DNA of 32,000 nucleotides, taken from the NCBI RefSeq assembly GCF_009617975.1, contig NZ_CP040089.1:240001-272000 (forward strand). Direction: 5' to 3'. A program made the position numbers and the translations under genes. The DNA is from Candidatus Nanohalobium constans. Its GTDB lineage: Archaea; Nanohalarchaeota; Nanosalinia; Nanosalinales; Nanosalinaceae. Numbering within the stretch: the stretch's first letter is position 1; every line of letters starts with the position of its first letter. The notes under the pieces are model-generated. The model searched no databases. It was not told the origin of the DNA and saw nothing but the letters and a program-made list of their open reading frames with translations. This document shows, piece after piece, positions 15,950 to 23,432 of this stretch.

Positions 15950-16347
15950 TCTATTAGTTCTCCTGGGGTTACTCTTTCTAAATCCGTATTGTCGAAGTCG
16001 GTATCATAACTGATTATGTTCTCTATATTTTCCCTCTTTGCTACTGAATACTGAAGTGCATCGTCGAAGCAGAGGGAAGAGTCTTTCGAGTATTGTGATA
16101 TCATCACTTCTTCCTTCATCTTGGTCTCGAGGATTTGGATGTTTATAGTCGAGTTTACGCTTTCAAGAAATCTTTTGATAGTATCTGGATTGTCTGCCAG
16201 AGTTCCCTGAACTGCATGTATAGTAAACTCTGTCGCTGCTACGCTGATTCTTCCCTCAAAAATTTTTCCTAGTAACTTTTCACATTCATCTGCATTTTTC
16301 TGGTCTAAAAGAAGCTCCAGAAAAATGTTCGTATCAATAAGATACAT
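15946..16347 (-). CDS. vapC: PIN-domain toxin VapC
   Basis: MYLIDTNIFLELLL...SYDTDFD. The ATG directly abuts the vapB stop, and the gene's stop overlaps the methyltransferase start (ATGA). Confidence 0.8.
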   Translation of the reverse strand: MYLIDTNIFLELLLDQKNADECEKLLGKIFEGRISVAATEFTIHAVQGTLADNPDTIKRFLESVNSTINIQILETKMKEEVMISQYSKDSSLCFDDALQYSVAKRENIENIISYDTDFDNTDLERVTPGELIE

Positions 16348-16578
16348 CTAATCAACCTTTTTCCATGCTTCATCCTCGAGCTCAGTCGAGGTTTTATCGC
16401 TGTCTATAGCGCCTCGAAGTGCGCCCCAATCAACTTTCTCATCCTGCTCAACCCACTTCTCAATAAGGTCCATCGTCGCCTTCTTGATGCTACCTCGTTT
16501 CTGACCATATTCCTCTCTGGCTTTCTGCTTGAACTTTCGAATGAGTTCATCGTCGCCCTCAACCTTCAAAGTACCCAT
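16348..16578 (-). CDS. vapB: VapB-like antitoxin
   Basis: Small protein immediately upstream of the PIN gene. It reads LKVEGDDELIRKFKQKAREEYGQKRGSIKKATMDLIEKW. A TATA-like box lies 27 nt upstream. Confidence 0.6.
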   Translation of the reverse strand: MGTLKVEGDDELIRKFKQKAREEYGQKRGSIKKATMDLIEKWVEQDEKVDWGALRGAIDSDKTSTELEDEAWKKVD

Positions 16579-16601
16579 AACAAAGTAAGGTACTTTTGTT
16601 C

Positions 16602-16609
16602 TTAAAAAT
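16602..16609 (-). promoter_or_regulatory. TATA-like box for the vapBC-methyltransferase-rpoL unit
   Basis: The minus strand reads TTTTTAAG about 27 nt upstream of the ATG at 16578. Confidence 0.45.
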
Positions 16610-16652
16610 CTTTTGGGTTACTTTCTGCCAGTAAGATTTCCTCTGTTGAAGG

Positions 16653-16660
16653 ATTTAAGA
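16653..16660 (+). promoter_or_regulatory. TATA-like box for the XPB helicase gene
   Basis: ATTTAAGA lies about 26 nt upstream of the ATG at 16683. Confidence 0.45.
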
Positions 16661-16682
16661 GTTACTGTCTAACGGTAGAGGC

Positions 16683-18305
16683 ATGCCAGAAGATGAAAAC
16701 TTGGAGGATCTTCCGAGAGACGAACTTGTTGATAAAATCAAGAATCAGGTAGTGTTTTTCGAGGCACAGCGTGAAATCATTCTTTCACATCCTGACAGCG
16801 AAACCTTGAACGAGATATCTTCTCTCTCCCACATGGAGACTTCTTCAGGTGAGCATTACAAGTTTGAGGTCCGGGAAATGGATGTCTGGAACTCAGACAG
16901 AAGCCTAGAGGAGATGAAAGAAATCTATACTAGAGTAGTTGGAAGCTATCCGCGTTTCGTCGAATGGTTGGAGAGAACTTACAAGAAACAGGAAATGTTC
17001 AGCATCGAGCACAGAGGAAGATATCACTCGCTCGTCGCCGAGGAGCCTGAGAGGATGGAATGGGCTCGCAGCCTAGACAAGGTAAGAAGCAATCTCTCAG
17101 TTGATCTATCCGATACAGAGTCTCGGATCGCGATGGGGAGCAAAGCAAGAGCGGAGATCAAACAGGTACTGCTGAAGAAAGGCTATCCTGTTGAAGACAA
17201 CTCCAAGTTCCGAGAAACAGATGAGAAGATCGGAGCGGATATGGCAGACGAAATAGAACTTCGTGACTACCAGAAAGAGTATGTAGAAAAGGCACACGAC
17301 AAAAAGGCGGCAGTACTTGCTAACCCGGCAGGTTCAGGTAAGACTGTTACAGCTATCGGGTTGATGGCGAAAGTTGATTCTCCAACGCTTATCCTGGTTC
17401 CTCAGAGGAATCTAGTAGGTCAGTGGAAGCGTGAAATCCTAGACAAGACAACTTTGACCGAGGATCAGATCGGTGAGTATCACGGCGATACTAAGGAGAT
17501 GAACGATGTAACGATCGCTACTTACCATATGGCGGGTGAGAAGACTAACTTATTCAGAGATGAGTGGGGATTGATTATCTTCGACGAGGTCCACCACATC
17601 CCATCCAAACTGTTCAGAAAGACTGCTTCACTACAGTCGACAAGAAGAATTGGTCTTTCTGCCTCGCCTGTCAGAGAGGACACTAAAGAAAGAGATATAT
17701 TTGCGTTAATCGGTCAGGAAATTGGTTCTGATTGGGCACGATTCTTTGCTGAGGGCCATGTTGTCAAGCCGGATGTAGAGATTCAGCTGGTCGAATGGGC
17801 TTCCGATCACTACAGACACAAGTATGAGGAGGCGTCTGGTATTAAGAAGGCGATTATTGCTTCGAAGAATCCTGCTAAGAAGCAGAACTTTGAACAGATT
17901 ATTGACAAGCATGAGGATGAGAAGACGATTATCTTCTGTGACTGGCTGGACCAAGGTGAGGATCTAAGCCAGGAGTATGATCTCCCATTCATCTCTGGGG
18001 AGACCGACTTTGAGGAAAGAGAAGAATACTTCGAGAAGTTCAGGAATGATGAACTCAAGACAATCATAGTGTCCAGAATTGGAGATGAAGGATTAGATCT
18101 TCCGGATGCAGAGATCGGAATAGTAATGAGTGGACAAGGAGGCAGCCGTAGACAGGCTACTCAGAGAGCTGGAAGAGTTATGCGTCCTTTCGGCGATGCA
18201 CAGGTCTACATGGTTGCAACCAAGGGGAGTAATGAGGAAGACTTCGTCAAGCAGCAGGTTGAGCTTTTGAAGGAGAAAGGTGTGCCTGTAACGGTCAGTG
18301 AGTAG
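16683..18305 (+). CDS. xpb: XPB/Rad25-type SF2 DNA helicase
   Basis: LRDYQ, Walker A NPAGSGKT, DEVHH, SASPVRED (RED motif) and QRAGRVMR are present. The ~190-aa N-terminal region is longer than I expect for archaeal XPB. Confidence 0.85.
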   Translation: MPEDENLEDLPRDELVDKIKNQVVFFEAQREIILSHPDSETLNEISSLSHMETSSGEHYKFEVREMDVWNSDRSLEEMKEIYTRVVGSYPRFVEWLERTYKKQEMFSIEHRGRYHSLVAEEPERMEWARSLDKVRSNLSVDLSDTESRIAMGSKARAEIKQVLLKKGYPVEDNSKFRETDEKIGADMADEIELRDYQKEYVEKAHDKKAAVLANPAGSGKTVTAIGLMAKVDSPTLILVPQRNLVGQWKREILDKTTLTEDQIGEYHGDTKEMNDVTIATYHMAGEKTNLFRDEWGLIIFDEVHHIPSKLFRKTASLQSTRRIGLSASPVREDTKERDIFALIGQEIGSDWARFFAEGHVVKPDVEIQLVEWASDHYRHKYEEASGIKKAIIASKNPAKKQNFEQIIDKHEDEKTIIFCDWLDQGEDLSQEYDLPFISGETDFEEREEYFEKFRNDELKTIIVSRIGDEGLDLPDAEIGIVMSGQGGSRRQATQRAGRVMRPFGDAQVYMVATKGSNEEDFVKQQVELLKEKGVPVTVSE

Positions 18306-18309
18306 GGGG

Positions 18310-18335
18310 TTTTTCCCTTCCTTTTCTTGTTTTTA
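18310..18335 (+). terminator. T-tract terminator region after xpb
   Basis: GGGGGTTTTTCCCTTCCTTTTCTTGTTTTTA directly follows the stop. Oligo-T tracts act as archaeal terminators. The region overlaps the 3' end of the convergent gene. Confidence 0.4.
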
Positions 18336-18815
18336 TTCTTTTATTTCTTGTATGAGTTCTTTGAGTTCTATTCCTGCGAGTAAGGTGGCTGGTACTACTA
18401 TCAGTGCTATTTTGGCGAATTTTGTTCCTGTCAGGGTTATTATGTAGCCTAGGTAGGGTATTGAGAATATTTTTTTGCCTACTACTTGTTCTGCGTTGAT
18501 TCTTCCGGGGTCTGCTGCTTTGTTTGCTATTCCTTTTGTTTTGAAGGTTGTCTGGTTTTCTGAGGTTTCTTTGTTGATTACTTTGTGTGTGGTGTGGATG
18601 TCTCCGTCTTTGTATGTTATTGTGTCTCCTTCTTGGATTTTATCTGGGTTTGTGGCTTTGGTGAATAGGACTGAGCCTGTCATTATTTCTGGCTCCATTG
18701 ATCCTGACTGAACTATAAATCCGTTGATTCCCGGGGTTAACTGGCTTATTCCGTAGAGCATGAAGGGTGTTATAAGTATTAATAGCCCTAATTTAAGGAT
18801 TATTGAGTCTGGCAT
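18333..18815 (-). CDS. type I signal peptidase, second paralog (SipW-like, linked to a TasA-like cargo gene)
   Basis: An N-terminal TM helix is followed by SGSMEP, TTHKV and TKGIANKAADP, with a C-terminal TM helix. The start overlaps the stop of the PKD gene (TAATG). Confidence 0.8.
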   Translation of the reverse strand: MPDSIILKLGLLILITPFMLYGISQLTPGINGFIVQSGSMEPEIMTGSVLFTKATNPDKIQEGDTITYKDGDIHTTHKVINKETSENQTTFKTKGIANKAADPGRINAEQVVGKKIFSIPYLGYIITLTGTKFAKIALIVVPATLLAGIELKELIQEIKE

Positions 18816-19123
18816 TATTTTTCCACCCTTAATTGCTGATGGTACTTGTCTGTTGCGCCGTTAGATTTTTCGACGATAACAGTGATGTTGTGTTTTCCAG
18901 GGCTGAGGTTCTGCCGAGTTAATCTGCCTGTTGCGTTTCGTCCATCGTCGAACTTCCAGTGAACTTCTTCTATATATGGTTCTTGTTTCCTGGGAGTGTC
19001 TTTGGATGCTTCGGTAAAGCTTCCGGTCACTATTTCTTCATAGCCAGGTTTTATATCCGGACCTATAATTGAAAAGCTGGCTAAAGCTGCTAAAACCAGG
19101 GTGCTGGCTACTGCTATTTTCAT
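18815..19123 (-). CDS. small secreted PKD-domain protein
   Basis: Signal peptide MKIAVASTLVLAALASFS. The PKD-like segment reads WKFDDGRNATG...LSPGKHNITVIVEKSNGATD. The ATG at 19123 has a GTTAAA-type TATA-like box about 24 nt upstream. Confidence 0.6.
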   Translation of the reverse strand: MKIAVASTLVLAALASFSIIGPDIKPGYEEIVTGSFTEASKDTPRKQEPYIEEVHWKFDDGRNATGRLTRQNLSPGKHNITVIVEKSNGATDKYHQQLRVEK

Positions 19124-19198
19124 ATATAACAAGTTCTTGCCTAGTTAAACCATAGGATTTGTTATACTTCGAAATATGTGAATAATTGACGTGTTTAC

Positions 19199-19217
19199 AA
19201 AAAAAGAAGAAAAAAAA
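19199..19217 (-). terminator. oligo-T terminator after the TasA-like gene
   Basis: The minus strand reads CCCCCTTTTTTTTCTTCTTTTTTTG about 40 nt after the stop codon. Confidence 0.5.
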
Positions 19218-19259
19218 GGGGGAATAGTTTTTTGATGTGTGACAGAGTTCTCTCCGTGT

Positions 19260-20747
19260 TTACTGTGCTTGGAGTGTTACTTCTTCTGTGAGGTCAAGGT
19301 TTGTTCGATCAGGGTTGTTCATGTCTCCTGATAGGACCTGCCAGTTGTCAATTTCTCCGTCGTAGAACTCTTCGTAAAGTTCTGAGTCTTCGTTGAATGC
19401 TGGATCGATTGTGAAGCTGAAGTTCTCATCTAGAGGCTTGAATGCGCCTCCGTCTGTTCCTCCTGAGCCCCATGTCCAATCGATTGTCTGAGTGCTGGAG
19501 TTAACATCCCAGTTATCGTAGTTGGTGGATGCTTTCTCCCCGTTACTGCTCAGGTAAAGGTCGTCTTTCACAACCCAGTTTCCAGATTCGTTGAGACCTG
19601 TGATTTCCCAAGTTGCGGATCCACCATCTCCTCCTGCCTTGTCATGTACTACGACAAAGCTTAGACCGTCAGGTCCGTCGTAGAGGAACATGATAGATGT
19701 CTCCTGCTGTTGAAGGTTCTCTGTTCCAGCTGACTGGTAATAAGGCCCGTCTTCTGGATAAGTTGCTCCGTTCTGTGCCTGGTTGTCGTGGTCAAACCTG
19801 TCAGGCAGTCTGAAGTCGTAAAGCTCTTCAACTGTCTTGTTGCCGCTTATAGGACTGATTTCTACTTCTTTATCTCCTTGGTTTGCTGTGTAATCTGTTT
19901 CATTGTCCTTAGGGTCTTCTGGGTCTTCCGGGTTCTGAGGGTCTTCTGGGTTCTCTGGTTCCTCAGGTTCCTCAGGTTCTTCCGGGTTTTCTGGTTCGTC
20001 CGGTTTTTCTGAGTCATCTCCGTTGTCTCCGTCAGATTCGTTTCCTTCTTCTTTATCGTCTGTCCAAGGGTTGCTTGGATTGTCGTTGTGTCTTCTCTGC
20101 TCTGTGTAGAACTTGATGTCGTAGTTTACTGAGTCTCCTTGGATGATGTTTCCTGTCTCTAATGGTACTTTCCATTTGACTCCGATATAACCTGTCTCAG
20201 AGCCTGGGAAAGCTTCCTTGTCGTCTGTTGAAGGATTGCCGTCTAGAAGCACTCCTTTCTCCTCTCTTAGTTCATCTGCCGTTCCTTCGAAGATAATGTT
20301 CTCGTCGTCCTGTCTTACATTGTCTCCGTCGTCACTCCAGATAACGAACTCAAGCTTATCCTGGAGTTCTCCTTTACTGCCACAACTGCCTTCAGCCTCG
20401 TGTTCAGGCTCTGTACAGCTGTTATCCCAGTTGGATGTCTCGTTGATGTTCATCCAGATCCATCCAGGGTTATCCTTCAGGTGAAGGCTTACTGTCGCTT
20501 CACCGTGGTCTCCTGGCTTGATGTCTTTGAAATCGAAAATTGCTCCTGGGTCATTTGTCAGTTCCTGTGTCTCGACATGTTCTCCGTTGTAACTTTCTTC
20601 CCAATCGACCTTGAGATCCAGTTCGCCAGCCTGGAAGCTGTTGTCTGCACTGGTCTCACTGTCGTTAAATAAGGCCATGGTGCTGCTGCCGGCTAAAGCT
20701 CCGACTACACCGATCACCATGATAGAAACTAAAATGCGTTTTTTCAT
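19260..20747 (-). CDS. secreted TasA/camelysin-like protein with a SipW-cognate-type signal peptide, a PE-rich linker and an unassigned C-terminal domain
   Basis: The N-terminus reads MKKRILVSIMVIGVVGALAGSSTMALFNDSETSADNSFQAGELDLKV, followed by KPGDHGEATVSL and IWSDDGDN. GAGGTG lies 9 nt upstream of the ATG at 20747. The track start at 20807 is a TTG. Confidence 0.7.
   Translation of the reverse strand: MKKRILVSIMVIGVVGALAGSSTMALFNDSETSADNSFQAGELDLKVDWEESYNGEHVETQELTNDPGAIFDFKDIKPGDHGEATVSLHLKDNPGWIWMNINETSNWDNSCTEPEHEAEGSCGSKGELQDKLEFVIWSDDGDNVRQDDENIIFEGTADELREEKGVLLDGNPSTDDKEAFPGSETGYIGVKWKVPLETGNIIQGDSVNYDIKFYTEQRRHNDNPSNPWTDDKEEGNESDGDNGDDSEKPDEPENPEEPEEPEEPENPEDPQNPEDPEDPKDNETDYTANQGDKEVEISPISGNKTVEELYDFRLPDRFDHDNQAQNGATYPEDGPYYQSAGTENLQQQETSIMFLYDGPDGLSFVVVHDKAGGDGGSATWEITGLNESGNWVVKDDLYLSSNGEKASTNYDNWDVNSSTQTIDWTWGSGGTDGGAFKPLDENFSFTIDPAFNEDSELYEEFYDGEIDNWQVLSGDMNNPDRTNLDLTEEVTLQAQ
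19908..20006 (-). repeat. imperfect tandem nucleotide repeats encoding a (P-E/D-x)n linker
   Basis: The plus strand reads gggtcttctgggtcttccgggttctgagggtcttctgggttctctggttcctcaggttcctcaggttcttccggg... This encodes KPDEPENPEEPEEPEEPENPEDPQNPEDPEDPKD. Confidence 0.8.
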
Positions 20748-20839
20748 TAATTGATACACCTCATGTGTGTTTGTTTCAGGTTTTGAATTAGTGGAAAAGA
20801 CTGTCAACGTCCCCTCCGTAGAAACCGTTACCTAAACTA

Positions 20840-20847
20840 CTTATAAA
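20840..20847 (-). promoter_or_regulatory. TATA-like box for the TasA-like gene (implies a ~70-nt 5' UTR)
   Basis: The minus strand reads TTTATAAG. The distance to the Shine-Dalgarno-led ATG at 20747 implies a leadered mRNA, unlike most genes in this window. Confidence 0.35.
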
Positions 20848-20979
20848 CAATAATTACAGAGTTAAAGAAGTGAAAAAGGCTAGAAATCAGTGTAAAATAT
20901 CTGAAAGAGTATATAAGTTGGTTGATTCATGTTTTGTTTTGAAATAAAAATAGAGGATGTGATGTTGTGCAGTATTGTG

Positions 20980-21159
20980 CTAACTTTTTGTGGCTAAAAC
21001 TTTTTTAGCATCGTCCTTAATCTTTACTTCTTCTAGTGATTCTCTATATCGTTCGTTAACAGCTGCTAATTCGGTTTCAAATACTGAGCTCTGGTTCATT
21101 GGTGTTGGCACCTTGGAATAACTTTGTAGTGATTTTGCTAGTTTCGCTAGAGTCTTCAT
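20980..21159 (-). CDS. possible small ORF (59 aa), hypothetical
   Basis: Hand translation gives MKTLAKLAKSLQSYSKVPTPMNQSSVFETELAAVNERYRESLEEVKIKDDAKKVLATKS. Only a weak GGAG lies upstream, and the composition is less acidic than that of neighbouring genes. Confidence 0.3.
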   Translation of the reverse strand: MKTLAKLAKSLQSYSKVPTPMNQSSVFETELAAVNERYRESLEEVKIKDDAKKVLATKS

Positions 21160-21278
21160 AGCTCCATTTCTTATTCATGGTATCCTATCTAATCACCTTC
21201 ATGGCTTAGAACTACTTAACAAGTATTAATCCTGTTGTTACAGAATAAAGTATGGTAAGAACTACAATGGTGCTCTTT

Positions 21279-21593
21279 TCAATTGTCTTTTAAGCTGTAT
21301 TCTACCTTTTGGCTGTTGTTCCCATTGAGTTCTTCCAGTAGGTCGATAAACTTGTCGGCAAATTTCTCGCCTTCGGGCGTAAGTTCCAGGATTTTCTTCC
21401 TGCCTTCCTTCTTGCTTTCGACGAGATCTTCTTCCTCAAGTCTTGAAATAGTTTTTACTGTGTGTGCATACGTTGTGTCGATCTTTTTAGATATCATGCT
21501 GCAGTAAATATCTTCTCTATTCCTTCTGATTGTTACAAGTGCCATAACTGGTTTCTCCTTAAGGAAAAAGTCCTGCATTTTTTCGTCTCCCAT
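21279..21593 (-). CDS. winged helix-turn-helix DNA-binding protein
   Basis: IYCSMISKKIDTTYAHTVKTISRLEEEDLVESKKEGRKKILELTPEGEKF shows the HTH-plus-wing pattern of MarR/ArsR-like regulators. GGAGGAT precedes the ATG. Confidence 0.65.
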   Translation of the reverse strand: MGDEKMQDFFLKEKPVMALVTIRRNREDIYCSMISKKIDTTYAHTVKTISRLEEEDLVESKKEGRKKILELTPEGEKFADKFIDLLEELNGNNSQKVEYSLKDN

Positions 21594-21595
21594 TT

Positions 21596-22207
21596 TTAAT
21601 CCTCCATTAGCCTGCTAGCTGTTTTACCTTGTTTTTCTACTTGTTTGTTAGGAAATTCAGATGATAGACCTAGAACTATACCGAATACATTCTCTGCTCC
21701 TGCGTCTAGTAGTCTACTGGCTCCGTGAGCTAATGAAGTTCCGCTGAGAGAAAGGTTATCGACTAAGATCACGTTCTTGCCTTTGAAATCTTTGACATCG
21801 ATTGAGCCTTCTAGATTCACTATCTTAGCCTTCTCTGATTCTAGTTCGTGGCTTTCACGGACCTTATGTGTTCTTTCCAGGACCTGTTGATACTGTATTC
21901 CGGTTTCTTCCGATAGAGATTTGAGCAGACTCTGCATGTTGGAGTTTACATCGTCTTCAGCATGAGTTGGATAGAGCGTCATCAAATCCCATGACATCTC
22001 ATCTTCCAGGAAACGAGACTCAATCGTGTTTTTCAACTTCTCTCTAAACTCTTCTTCGATATCCTCGTCTCCGTACACATAGAACCAGACCTGCCTACGA
22101 GAAAACTCATCCTCGCCCTGATCCTTCTTGTACTCGCCTATGCCTAGAACCGGAACTTCAGTTCCAAACTCCGAAACCTCGACTTTTCCAAAATGATTTT
22201 CTTCCAT
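21596..22207 (-). CDS. ComF-family phosphoribosyltransferase-like protein
   Basis: The C-terminal PRPP-loop-like segment is GKNVILVDNLSLSGTSLAHGASRLLDAGAENV. It is preceded by LYPTHAEDD...LERTHKVRESHEL, which matches ComF/GntX architecture. The ATG at 22207 is preferred over the TTG at 22219. Confidence 0.6.
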   Translation of the reverse strand: MEENHFGKVEVSEFGTEVPVLGIGEYKKDQGEDEFSRRQVWFYVYGDEDIEEEFREKLKNTIESRFLEDEMSWDLMTLYPTHAEDDVNSNMQSLLKSLSEETGIQYQQVLERTHKVRESHELESEKAKIVNLEGSIDVKDFKGKNVILVDNLSLSGTSLAHGASRLLDAGAENVFGIVLGLSSEFPNKQVEKQGKTASRLMED

Positions 22208-22418
22208 ATACCCATACAAAACCCGCAGATCATTTTAACTATATATGTACAATACTGCATCCTTACGAATAAACATATTTAAGACAGTAAATCAACTTCC
22301 ACGCACTAAAAACAATTACCCACACATTTCTCACAGAAAAATCTCAGAAAAAATAACTTACAGCTAAAAAACCCTTATTTTTCGCTGCAAAACCAAAACT
22401 CCGTCCTGTTACTTAAAC

Positions 22419-23426
22419 ATGGCCTCAAACACAAAAACCATGACACTCATCAAAGCAGAAGACCTGTCCAAAAACTTCCGAATCTACCAAAGGGGCGACG
22501 GAATCAAAGGATACCTTAAATCCTTCGTCAAAAGAGAGTACGAAGAAGTAGAAGCAGTCAAAGATCTTAATCTGGAGATAGATGAAGGAGAAATGATCGG
22601 CTACATTGGATCAAACGGAGCCGGAAAAAGCACAACAGTCAAAATGCTGACGGGAATACTCGAACCTTCTTCAGGAACGATAGAAGTCGACGGCAGAAAC
22701 CCACATAAGGAGAGGAAGAAAAATGCGATGAACATCGGTGTAGTCTTCGGTCAGAAAACACAGCTCTGGTGGGACCTACCCGTAAAAGAAAGCTTCAAAC
22801 TCTTGAAAGAAATCTACGAAGTCTCTGACGAAGATTATGATAATAGGATTGATGAGTTTGATGAGGTTCTCCAGCTTTCGGATTTCTGGGATCAACCCGT
22901 CCGGAAACTTTCTCTGGGTCAGAAGATGAGATGTGAATTAGCAGCTGCCTTTCTCCACCATCCGAAGATTGTCTACCTAGATGAGCCTACGATAGGACTG
23001 GATGTGGCGGTGAAGGAGCGTATCAGAGACTTCATCAAGAAGATGAACCGACAGGAAAACATCACAGTCATGCTTACAACGCACGACATCGGGGATATCG
23101 AAGACTTATGCGAACGAGTGGTAGTTCTCGACACAGGAGAGAAAATATATGACGGACAACTAAACTCACTAGTCAACAGATTCACTTCAAGAAGACTAGA
23201 AATGGATATCAGAAATGGAGAAAAATTCTCAATAGAACTAGAAGGCATCAAAGAAGTGAACAAAGAAGACGGCCATGTAGAAATAGTATTCGACAGAGAA
23301 GAAATCTCAGCCTCAGACCTCATGAGAGAAGTACTAGACAACTACGAAGTCCTAGACTTCCAGATAAAAGAACCAGATATCGAATCAGTCGTGAAAAAAG
23401 TCTATAACGAAGGATTGGAGGATTAG
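22419..23426 (+). CDS. ABC transporter ATP-binding protein (ABC-2 type, with a C-terminal extension)
   Basis: Walker A GSNGAGKST, signature LSLGQKMR and Walker B IVYLDEPTIGLD are present. The alternative leaderless start at 22440 (MTLIKAEDLSKNF) has a TACTTAAAC box 26 nt upstream. Confidence 0.9.
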   Translation: MASNTKTMTLIKAEDLSKNFRIYQRGDGIKGYLKSFVKREYEEVEAVKDLNLEIDEGEMIGYIGSNGAGKSTTVKMLTGILEPSSGTIEVDGRNPHKERKKNAMNIGVVFGQKTQLWWDLPVKESFKLLKEIYEVSDEDYDNRIDEFDEVLQLSDFWDQPVRKLSLGQKMRCELAAAFLHHPKIVYLDEPTIGLDVAVKERIRDFIKKMNRQENITVMLTTHDIGDIEDLCERVVVLDTGEKIYDGQLNSLVNRFTSRRLEMDIRNGEKFSIELEGIKEVNKEDGHVEIVFDREEISASDLMREVLDNYEVLDFQIKEPDIESVVKKVYNEGLED

Positions 23427-23432
23427 ATATCT

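Noticed and set aside
19908-20006. Short tandem repeats, considered as a possible CRISPR or mini-satellite.
   Set aside because: The units are 9-18 nt, imperfect, in frame and lack spacers. They encode the PE-rich linker of the TasA-like protein, so this is not a CRISPR array.
22246-22371. 41-aa plus-strand ORF (MYNTASLRINIFKT...) in the AT-rich spacer upstream of the ABC operon.
   Set aside because: It is basic, very short, and lacks any Shine-Dalgarno sequence or properly spaced TATA box. The region is better explained as a divergent promoter spacer.
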